Assembly: GCA_045863235.1 (NCBI GenBank)
Contig: BTUM01000045.1
Span: 1 to 64,000 of the forward strand
Origin: Candidatus Xenobia bacterium
GTDB lineage: Bacteria; Vulcanimicrobiota; Xenobia; Xenobiales; QWHO01
Direction of reading: 5' to 3'
Length of the DNA: 64,000 nucleotides
Under the pieces are notes generated by a model. It saw only the letters and a list, made by a program, of their open reading frames with translations. It ran no database searches and was not told where the DNA came from. A program made the position numbers and the translations under genes. Shown here one piece after another: positions 30,336-37,917 of this stretch (position 1 is its first letter; the number at the start of each line of letters is the position of its first letter).

Positions 30336-31880
30336 ATGGACCACCACCTCGAGCCCCTGCACCAGAAGCGCTATCTCGTCGACGGACAGCTCCTGGAGTG
30401 GAGCGGCGAGTGCCAGGAGGTGGTCTCGCCCATCGGTCCGAGCGTCATCGGCAGCTATCCTCTGCTGACCGCGACGGAGTCGACGGCCGCTCTGCAGGCG
30501 GCAGTCAAGGCCTACGACCACGGCCGCGGGCAGTGGCCCACCATGAGCGTGGGCGAGCGCATCGAGCGGCTGGAAGACTTTACTTTCCGCATGAAGGAAC
30601 GGCGCGAGGAGGTCGTGCGCCTCTTGATGTGGGAGATCGGCAAGAACCTGCCCGACTCGCTCAAGGAGTTCGACCGCACCGTGGACTTCATCCGGGCCAC
30701 CATCGACGCTCTGAAGGAGCTCGACCGCGCCTCTTCGCGCTTCGTGCTGGAAGAGGGCATCATGGCCCAGGTGCGGCGGGCCCCGCTGGGGACGGTGCTG
30801 TGCATGGGGCCCTACAACTACCCCCTGAACGAGACTTACGCCACCCTGATCCCGGCCCTGTTGATGGGCAACACGGTCGTCTTCAAGCCCCCCAAGTACG
30901 GGGTGCTGCTGCACGAGCCGCTGCTGGCCGCCTTCCAGGCCTCCTTTCCGCCCGGGGTGGTGAATACCGTCTATGGCGACGGGGCGCGCACCATCGGGCC
31001 CCTGATGGAGTCCGGGATGGTGGACGTGCTGGCCTTCATCGGCTCCACCCGGGTGGCCAACCTGCTCAAGAAACAGCACCCTCATCCCAACCGGCTGCGC
31101 TCGGTGCTGGGGCTGGGGGCCAAGAACCCCGCCATCGTGCTCAAGGACGCCGATCTCGAGCTGACCGTGAAGGAGTGCCTGCTGGGCAGCCTCTCCTTCA
31201 ACGGACAGCGCTGCACCGCCCTCAAGCTCCTCTTCGTGCACCAGGACGTGGTGGAGGAGTTCGTGCAACGCCTCGCGGCTGGCGTGGAGGCCCTCAAGTG
31301 CGGTCTACCCTGGGAGGAGGGGGTGCAGATCACGCCCTTGCCCGAGGGGGGCAAGCCGGCCTACCTGGCCGAGCTGGTTCAGGATGCCCGGAGCAAGGGC
31401 GCCAGGGTGGTCAACTCCGGCGGCGGCACGGCGGAAGGGGCGATGTTTCGCCCGGCGGTCCTTTATCCGGTGGACGCGGGCATGCGCGTCTACCATGAGG
31501 AGCAGTTCGGCCCGGTGGTGCCGGTGGTGAGCTTCCGCGAGTTGGACGAGCCCATCTCCTATATGGTCGAGTCCCACTACGGCCAGCAGATCAGCCTGTT
31601 CGGACAGGACCCCGAGACGATGGCCCGCCTGATCGACCCGCTGGTCAACCAGGTCTGCCGGGTCAACTTGAACTGCCAGTGCCAGCGCGGGCCGGACGTG
31701 CTGCCCTTCACCGGTCGCAAGGACTCAGCCGAGGGCACGCTCTCCATCTCCGACGCCCTGCGCGTCTTCTCGATCCGCACCCTGGTGGCGGCCAAACAGA
31801 CGGCGCAGAGCAAGGCCATGCTCACCAGCATTCTCAGAGGGCGGCACAGCAACTTCCTGTCCACCGACTTTCTGCTCTAA
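30336..31880 (+). CDS. Aldehyde dehydrogenase, GapN-like
   Basis: PYNYP, GNTVVFKP, AFIGS, GLGAKNP, NGQRCTA, EEQFGP. Confidence 0.88.
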   Translation: MDHHLEPLHQKRYLVDGQLLEWSGECQEVVSPIGPSVIGSYPLLTATESTAALQAAVKAYDHGRGQWPTMSVGERIERLEDFTFRMKERREEVVRLLMWEIGKNLPDSLKEFDRTVDFIRATIDALKELDRASSRFVLEEGIMAQVRRAPLGTVLCMGPYNYPLNETYATLIPALLMGNTVVFKPPKYGVLLHEPLLAAFQASFPPGVVNTVYGDGARTIGPLMESGMVDVLAFIGSTRVANLLKKQHPHPNRLRSVLGLGAKNPAIVLKDADLELTVKECLLGSLSFNGQRCTALKLLFVHQDVVEEFVQRLAAGVEALKCGLPWEEGVQITPLPEGGKPAYLAELVQDARSKGARVVNSGGGTAEGAMFRPAVLYPVDAGMRVYHEEQFGPVVPVVSFRELDEPISYMVESHYGQQISLFGQDPETMARLIDPLVNQVCRVNLNCQCQRGPDVLPFTGRKDSAEGTLSISDALRVFSIRTLVAAKQTAQSKAMLTSILRGRHSNFLSTDFLL

Positions 31881-31976
31881 ACTTCGTCGCATTGACCGTG
31901 CCACGTAACGTGCGGTGAGAAACTTGTTTCGAACCGCTTCCAAAGTGTTGTGGCACGGGCGATGCGACGAAGTTCA
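31880..31976. repeat. ~97-bp imperfect palindrome
   Basis: AACTTCGTCGCAT..CCGTGCCAC pairs with GTGGCACGG..ATGCGACGAAGTT. Confidence 0.65.
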
Positions 31977-32174
31977 ACCTGTTGAGAATTCATCGCACAG
32001 TCAATGCGAGGGAGTATAGACCGCCCGTTTCGGGCGTATCCCTGGACTGTTCTGAATAGGGCGCCCGTTTCGGGCGTGTCCGTGGACTGGATGAGCTCGC
32101 CGCCCCGCCGTAGAGGCCCGGGAACGTGGGCGGCCCCGCTGAGCGTCCCCCCCAAAAAAAAGTTTCCATCCTCG

Positions 32175-32202
32175 TGTAACCTGCCCCCCTCCTCCGGTGT
32201 AA
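32175..32202 (+). promoter_or_regulatory. Candidate ECF sigma promoter TGTAAC-N16-GTGTAA
   Basis: AAC-type -35 with 16-bp spacer upstream of an operon encoding an ECF sigma. Confidence 0.55.
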
Positions 32203-32224
32203 CCCGGGTAAGGAGGTAACGAAC

Positions 32225-32707
32225 ATGCTCAGAAAGACCCTGCTGGTGCTGGCCATCCTGGCCCTGCTGCTGGCGATCTACACCGGCGGACCGGTACTGT
32301 GGGTGGCCGTCGCGCTCCTGGCCGGCCTGGTGGCCGTCAACCTGGTGGCCAGCGCTCTCTGGCCCGAACGCATCGAAAAGAGCCGAAAGACCCTGGAGCG
32401 CTTTCCCCTGCGCAGCTTCCTGCTGGGCATCCTGATCGTGCTGCTGGAGATCTTCCTGGTGCTCAGCCTGCCCCTCAAAGGCCTGCTGGCGCTGGCCGCG
32501 GTGGTGGCCAACCTGGTCTTCCTGGCCCAGGGCCTGCCGGCGCTGGCCGAGCGGATCGGGCAGGGGCTCTCGCTCACCGAAAGGCGCGCCAACGCCGCCG
32601 GCACGGCCCTGATCGGGCTGGTCTTCGGACTGCCCGTGCTGGGCTGGCTGGCGGGAGCCTGCCTGGGCCTGTCGGCTCTGGGCGCCCCCCTGGCGGGCGA
32701 GCGATGA
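32225..32707 (+). CDS. Membrane protein, probable paralogue of 36098..36568
   Basis: SD AAGGAGGT; hydrophobic; GLPVLGWL. Confidence 0.75.
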   Translation: MLRKTLLVLAILALLLAIYTGGPVLWVAVALLAGLVAVNLVASALWPERIEKSRKTLERFPLRSFLLGILIVLLEIFLVLSLPLKGLLALAAVVANLVFLAQGLPALAERIGQGLSLTERRANAAGTALIGLVFGLPVLGWLAGACLGLSALGAPLAGER

Positions 32708-33966
32708 TGCGCCTGCACGCCTACCTGTGGCGGGCGGCCGGTTTCGGAGCCACCCCCTCGCAGCTGAGCCGCAGTCTGCGCCAGGGCTACGAAGCCAGCG
32801 TGCGCGAGCTGGTGCGCTACGCTCCTGAGACCCCTCCCCCGCCGCGCCTGACCACCCTGCCCCCGGGCTTCACCCTGACATTGGCCCAGGTGGCCGTGCT
32901 GATCACCTGGTGGCTCAACCAGATGGTGCACACCCGGAGCCCGCTCCAGGAGAAGATGACCCTGTTCTGGCACGGCTACTTCACCACCGCCGTGGTGCCC
33001 GTGATCTTCCCCGCCTTCCTGGCCAACCAGAACGACTTCCTGCGCAGGAACGCCACCGGCCGCTTCTCGGACCTGTTGCTGGGCATCTCCCGGGACCCGG
33101 CCATGCTGATCTACCTCGACGGCCACACCAACAAGCGCGAGCACCCCAACGAGAACTATGCCCGCGAGCTCCTGGAGCTGTTCACCCTGGGCGAGGGCCA
33201 CTACAACGAAGCCGACGTCAAATCCGCCGCCCGGGCCTTCACCGGCTGGGGCATCGACTGGGGCCGAGGCACGTTCCGCTTCAGCCCCGAGCACCACGAC
33301 GACGGTCCCAAGCGCTTTCTGGCCCACACCGGCCAGCTGGGGGGCGAAGAGGTCGTGAAGATCCTGGCCCGCCATCCCCGCACCGCCCGCTACCTGGTGG
33401 ACCGCCTGTTCCGCTTCTTCACCGGCGTGAGCACGCCGCCCCGTGAGGTGGAGCGCCTGGCGGGAGTCTATGAGCAGCACCACGGGGTGCTGGCTCCGGT
33501 GCTGGAGGCTCTCTTCCTGGGCCAGGCCTTCCGGGCCACGGCCGAGCCCCGCCAGGCGTACAAGAGTCCGGTTGAGCTCACGGTCGGGGCCCTGCGCTCT
33601 CTCAACGGCCAGTTTCGCAACGGGCCGGGCTGGCAGTGGCTGGAAAGACTGGTGGCCATGGGCCAGCTGCCCTGGCTGCCTCCCAGCGTGGCCGGGTGGG
33701 CCGAGGGACGGTCCTGGCTCAACACCGGCACCCTGCTCGACCGGGTCAACTTCGCCCGCCAGTTGGCCCGGGCCCATGAGCCCCAGGTGGCCAGCCTGGT
33801 GGCAGGGGCCACTCCCGATCAGGCCCTCGAGCGCTTGCTGGCCGCCGCCGGACTGCCCGACGTCACCGGCACCACCCGAGCCCACCTGGCGCGCGCCTGC
33901 CGCCAGAAAGGCCCGGCTGAGACGCTGGCCCTCATCCTGGCCAGCCCCGACTATCAAGTGAGGTGA
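32704..33966 (+). CDS. DUF1800 family protein
   Basis: EKMTLFWH, PAMLIYLD, NENYARELLELFTLG, ARAFTGW, KSP. Confidence 0.9.
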   Translation: MMRLHAYLWRAAGFGATPSQLSRSLRQGYEASVRELVRYAPETPPPPRLTTLPPGFTLTLAQVAVLITWWLNQMVHTRSPLQEKMTLFWHGYFTTAVVPVIFPAFLANQNDFLRRNATGRFSDLLLGISRDPAMLIYLDGHTNKREHPNENYARELLELFTLGEGHYNEADVKSAARAFTGWGIDWGRGTFRFSPEHHDDGPKRFLAHTGQLGGEEVVKILARHPRTARYLVDRLFRFFTGVSTPPREVERLAGVYEQHHGVLAPVLEALFLGQAFRATAEPRQAYKSPVELTVGALRSLNGQFRNGPGWQWLERLVAMGQLPWLPPSVAGWAEGRSWLNTGTLLDRVNFARQLARAHEPQVASLVAGATPDQALERLLAAAGLPDVTGTTRAHLARACRQKGPAETLALILASPDYQVR

Positions 33967-33973
33967 GCTGCCC

Positions 33974-35068
33974 ATGAAGCGACGCGACTTTCTCAAAGCA
34001 ACCCTGGCGATGGCGGGCGTGATGATGCTGCCCGAGATCCCGCTGGCGGCCACGCCCCGCAAGCTGGTGCTGGTGCATCTGTTCGGTGGCAACGACGGGC
34101 TCAACACCGTGATCTCGGACAATGCGCTCTATCGCAAGCTGCGTCCCCGGCTGGCCCTCAAGAGCGACCAGGTGCTGCCGCTCAAGTCCGGTCTGGGCCT
34201 GCACCGCGCCCTGGAGCCCCTGATGCCGCACTGGCAGGCGGGCCAACTGGCCCTGGTCAACGGGGTGGGCTATCCCGAGCCCAACCGCTCCCACTTCACC
34301 TCCTCGGACATCTGGCACACCGCCGTGGTGCGCGGCACGGCTCGCTACGGCTGGCTGGGACGTTTCCTGGACAACAGCGGAGCCGGCTCGGTCAACGTCG
34401 GCCCGACCCTGACCCGGGCCCTTTACGCCCAGAGCGCCCAGCCTCTCTGCCTCAAGACCCCGGACCAGTTCCGCCTGGAGGCCAATCAAGCCGAGCTGTC
34501 GGCTATGTACCGAGACTTCGGCGGCCACCTGGGCAGCACGTTCGCAAGCCTGGAGAAGGCGGTGGACCACTGTCACTCCTGCCCCGGCGAGTCGGTCGCT
34601 ACCGGCGACTTCGGCAAGTCACTCGACGTCATCTTGCGCCTGCTGCCGCAGGGACAGGTTTTCTGCACCGCCCTGAGCGGCTTTGACACCCACTCCAACC
34701 AGAGCAAGCGCCACGCCGAGGTGCTGAGCGAGCTGGCCGGCGGCCTGGCCGCCTTCATGGCCGCCCTCAAGCGGCGCGGGCAGGACCGCGACGTGCTGGT
34801 GGCGGTTTACTCGGAGTTTGGGCGCCGGGTGGAGGAGAATGCCAGCGGCGGCACCGATCATGGCACCGCCGGACCGCTCTTCGTGCTGGGTCCCGGGGTG
34901 AAAGGCGGTCTCTATGGCGAAGTGCCCTCCCTGAGCAACCTGAAGGAAGGGGATCTGGTGCACACGGTCGACTTTCGAGCCGTCTACTCCACGCTGCTGA
35001 GCCGCTGGCTGCAGGCGGACGCGAGCGCCGTGCTGGGAGGCCACTTCCCGGCTCTGCCCTTCCTGTGA
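33974..35068 (+). CDS. DUF1501 family protein with Tat signal
   Basis: RRDFLK, GGNDGLN, NRSHF, FDTH, SEFGRR, GTDHG. Confidence 0.9.
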   Translation: MKRRDFLKATLAMAGVMMLPEIPLAATPRKLVLVHLFGGNDGLNTVISDNALYRKLRPRLALKSDQVLPLKSGLGLHRALEPLMPHWQAGQLALVNGVGYPEPNRSHFTSSDIWHTAVVRGTARYGWLGRFLDNSGAGSVNVGPTLTRALYAQSAQPLCLKTPDQFRLEANQAELSAMYRDFGGHLGSTFASLEKAVDHCHSCPGESVATGDFGKSLDVILRLLPQGQVFCTALSGFDTHSNQSKRHAEVLSELAGGLAAFMAALKRRGQDRDVLVAVYSEFGRRVEENASGGTDHGTAGPLFVLGPGVKGGLYGEVPSLSNLKEGDLVHTVDFRAVYSTLLSRWLQADASAVLGGHFPALPFL

Positions 35069-35610
35069 GCCCTGCCCACCAGCCAGACGAGCGCGCCCTG
35101 GTGCTGGCCGCCCAACGGGGCGACCAGTCGGCCCTGGAGGAGATCGTGCGCCTGCACCAGGCCAGCCTGTGGCGCCTGGGCAACCGGTTGCTGGGCTCGC
35201 CCAGCGAGGCTCAAGACCTGGTGCAGGAGACCTTCGTGGCCGCTTTGCGCGGATTGGAGCGTTTCCAGGCGGGGCGTCCACTGCGTCCCTGGCTGGTCAC
35301 CATCGCCACCCGGCTGGGGCTCAATATGCTGCGCACGCGGCGCAGACACCCCTCAGAGCCGCTGCAAGAGGAGCTGCCCGACCCGGCCAGCGGTCCGGCC
35401 GGGGAGGTCGAGCGTCGCCTGGAGCTGGAGCGATTGATGGCGGCTGTGAGCACGCTGGAAGCGGTACCGCGGGCCATCGTGGTGCTGCACTACTGCGAGG
35501 AGATGGCCTGCGCCGAGATCGGCGCCGTGCTGGAGATGACCGAGTCAGCCGTGAAGGTGGCCCTGTTCCGGGCCCGCGAACGACTCAGGACCAGGTTGGG
35601 AGGATCGTGA
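35065..35610 (+). CDS. ECF RNA polymerase sigma factor
   Basis: AQDLVQETF, WLVTIA, EIGAVL...AVKVALFRAR. Confidence 0.9.
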   Translation: MSPAHQPDERALVLAAQRGDQSALEEIVRLHQASLWRLGNRLLGSPSEAQDLVQETFVAALRGLERFQAGRPLRPWLVTIATRLGLNMLRTRRRHPSEPLQEELPDPASGPAGEVERRLELERLMAAVSTLEAVPRAIVVLHYCEEMACAEIGAVLEMTESAVKVALFRARERLRTRLGGS

Positions 35611-36098
35611 TGAGCTGCGAATCGGTGCGCGAATGCCTGCAAGAGCACCTGGAGGGGACCCGGCATCCCCTCGAGCTGGCCGGGCGCTTGCCCGACTGGG
35701 CCCAGCGCCACCTGGAAGGCTGTCCGGCCTGCCGGGAGGCCAGCTGGCAGCTGGTCTCGCTGGAGTGCTCCCTGCGCCGGATGAGCGAGACGCCGCCGAT
35801 GCCGCTCGACCTGACCGCCAGCGTGATGGCCGCCCTGCAGCGCCCCGAGCCGACCGCCCCGGCCAGCCGCGAGCGCATCTGGATGCGGGCCGCCGCCGTT
35901 CTGCTGGTGAGCCTCTGTCTGGTTGCCAGCGTTTACGTGCCCATGCCGCCCCTGCAAGCGGGCTGGCAACTGGTCTCGGGCTGGTCGCTGCCGCGCCTGG
36001 ACCTGCCTGGCCTGAATGAGACTCTGGCGCTGACCGGGGCGGCGGTCTGCCTGCTGGGCGCCACCGCCCTCAACTGGCGCTGGAGCGGAGCCCACTGA
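35610..36098 (+). CDS. Zinc-finger (zf-HC2) membrane anti-sigma factor
   Basis: MSCE...HLEGCPAC plus C-terminal TM helices; coupled to the sigma gene. Confidence 0.82.
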   Translation: MSCESVRECLQEHLEGTRHPLELAGRLPDWAQRHLEGCPACREASWQLVSLECSLRRMSETPPMPLDLTASVMAALQRPEPTAPASRERIWMRAAAVLLVSLCLVASVYVPMPPLQAGWQLVSGWSLPRLDLPGLNETLALTGAAVCLLGATALNWRWSGAH

Positions 36099-36568
36099 TG
36101 CAAGTCCTGGTGTACGCCCTCTGTTTTGGCCTGGGAGCCCTGGGAGTGGCCTCGCTGGGGCTCCTGGGCTGGGTGCTGTGGCCTGTTCGAGCCCGAGCCG
36201 CCCGCGAGCGGATCGAGATGGCTCGAGGTCGCTGCCTGGTCATCGGCCTGCTGCACCTCTTCGCGCTCCTCTTCTTGATGGCCGTGGCCGACAAGCGCGG
36301 AGGGGGAGCCGGCCTTTTGGTGGCGGCCTTCCTGGTCTGGGTGGCCTGGAAGCTGCTCTCCGCGCTGCCCGGGGTGCTCAGCTGGCTGGGCGAGTCGCTT
36401 GGCTCACTGGCCGACCGGCCCCAGCTGGATACCGCCCGGGCCACCGCCTGGGGAGCCTTCCTGCTGGCCGGGGTGGGGCTGGTGCCCTGGCTGGGGTGGG
36501 CTCTGCTGGTCGCCTGCCTGGCCGCCGCCTGCGGCTGCGGGGTGCTGGGCGGATGGAAAAGAAAATGA
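36098..36568 (+). CDS. Membrane protein
   Basis: Hydrophobic; GLVPWLGWAL; TGATG coupling. Confidence 0.72.
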   Translation: MQVLVYALCFGLGALGVASLGLLGWVLWPVRARAARERIEMARGRCLVIGLLHLFALLFLMAVADKRGGGAGLLVAAFLVWVAWKLLSALPGVLSWLGESLGSLADRPQLDTARATAWGAFLLAGVGLVPWLGWALLVACLAAACGCGVLGGWKRK

Positions 36569-36776
36569 CCCTGGCGAACCAGGGCCGGGAGCCGCGCGGC
36601 CGACATCTCGTGCTGCCGTGAGAAATTTGTCACACCGTCCGACTCCCGGCCTGGCAGGCGCGGGAGCCACGAAGAGAGCTCCTTTCTGACGATTGGGGCC
36701 GGACGAGCTGTGCTCTGTTCCGGGCAATAGGAGACCAGGGCTTTGGTCGAGCGGTGGTGCTCCGTGACGAGGGAAA

Positions 36777-37289
36777 CTAGGTGCGAGGGGCGCTGAGCGA
36801 GTTGAGGGCGCGAATCAGCCGTTCTTGCACTTCCTGAGCTCCGTGGGTGAGCATGAAGTCGAGCAGCGCCTCGCGATCCTCCACCAGCAGGCGCAGACCG
36901 GGCAGCGCCTGACAGGTGCCCCAGCTTTCCACCCGGGGCTTCTCGGGCTCGGGCGGACGCCGCGTGTTGGCCGCCTCGATGATCTGCTCGAGCTCTTCCG
37001 GGCTCCGCCCGTCCAGCCGCTTCTGGATGGCCGGCAGGGGGAGGTATTCCGCCTGCAGCGCCTTGATGGCCAGCAACTGGTTGAGGTGGCGCCGGGTGTA
37101 GCGGGCAGTGCCGCTGACATAGTGAGGCTTGTCGAGCAAGCCCAGGCTGGTGTAGTAGCGAATGGTGCGCGAGCTGGGCACCGGCGAGACCCGGCCCCCG
37201 GGGTTAGGCAGGTTCCACTGAGCCAGCACGCTTTCGGCCTGCTCGCTCAGCTCCTCCAGGGTCCAGTCGCCCGCCTCCGGGTTCTTCAC
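36777..37289 (-). CDS. MerR-family HTH regulator (GTG start inferred, probably leaderless)
   Basis: WTLEEL, RTIRYYTSLGLL, ARY...HL.QL..IK.LQ. Confidence 0.8.
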   Translation of the reverse strand: MKNPEAGDWTLEELSEQAESVLAQWNLPNPGGRVSPVPSSRTIRYYTSLGLLDKPHYVSGTARYTRRHLNQLLAIKALQAEYLPLPAIQKRLDGRSPEELEQIIEAANTRRPPEPEKPRVESWGTCQALPGLRLLVEDREALLDFMLTHGAQEVQERLIRALNSLSAPRT

Positions 37290-37295
37290 TTCCCC

Positions 37296-37360
37296 AGTGT
37301 AGCTGTTAGACAGTTCAACTGTCCAGCCTCCAAAGAGCTCTGCCTGACAGTTCAACTGCT
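37296..37360 (-). promoter_or_regulatory. Promoter TGGACA-N18-TACACT with operators GACAGTTCAACTG (37309-37323, 37346-37360)
   Basis: Palindrome GACAGTT-C-AACTGTC, repeated; -10 ends 6 nt before the GTG. Confidence 0.6.
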
Positions 37361-37429
37361 CGCACCCACTTCGATCACGTTGCAGTGGTACCAGAGAACG
37401 ACAAGTCCGCACAACATCAGGGTCAGCAT
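37352..37429 (-). CDS. 25-aa hydrophobic microprotein MLTLMLCGLVVLWYHCNVIEVGASS
   Basis: SD AAGGAGG; TGATG coupling to the upstream ORF. Confidence 0.5.
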   Translation of the reverse strand: MLTLMLCGLVVLWYHCNVIEVGASS

Positions 37430-37578
37430 CACTTATCCTCCTTTGGCTCGGTTTCATTTCGGGGTGGACAGGCCAGCATCACTGGCAGAAACGGAGGCGG
37501 GTCGATCGGGGGGGGCGGCTTGCGCCGCAAGGTGGACTCTTCGATGATCGGGGGTTGCCAGTTGGTATTCTCTCTCAC
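37429..37578 (-). CDS. 49-aa proline-rich microprotein MRENTNWQPPIIEESTLRRKPPPPIDPPPFLPVMLACPPRNETEPKEDK
   Basis: SD AAGGAGGT 5 nt before GTG, just downstream of a near-consensus promoter. Confidence 0.55.
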   Translation of the reverse strand: MRENTNWQPPIIEESTLRRKPPPPIDPPPFLPVMLACPPRNETEPKEDK

Positions 37579-37617
37579 CTGCCACCTCCTTCGGACTTGT
37601 TCACGGGCCCTGGACTC

Positions 37618-37646
37618 ATCTTACAGTTTAACAGTCTAACTGTCAA
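37618..37646 (-). promoter_or_regulatory. Sigma70-type promoter TTGACA-N17-TAAGAT overlapped by ACAGT-N3-ACTGT
   Basis: Minus strand reads TTGACAGTTAGACTGTTAAACTGTAAGAT. Confidence 0.7.
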
Positions 37647-37917
37647 TATGTCAGAGAGAGTTTTCCCACAATTCTCCTCCTGGAGGCCTCAAACGAGCCC
37701 TGACAGTTATCCAGCCGAACTGAAAAATTGAGCCCGATTCTCCTTTCGAAGACGCGGAGAGCTCTTAACATGCAGTTTACATTCCAAGCAGGGTCTACTG
37801 AACGGGTCTAGAATAGGCGGAAGTTTTTTCATGGGGGTTAGCCTGGCCGGCGGCGGAATCCGGCCTGAAGAGAGAGATTTCCCGGCGCAAGAGCGCCGGA
37901 ATGCAGAAAGAGTGAGG

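Noticed and set aside
31880..31976. Integron attC site (also considered for 48702-48786)
   Set aside because: No RYYYAAC/GTTRRRY cores, no integrase and no cassette array.
37290..37457. N-terminal extension of the MerR-like ORF
   Set aside because: Overlaps the operators, promoter and SD-supported small ORFs; the HTH begins after 37289.
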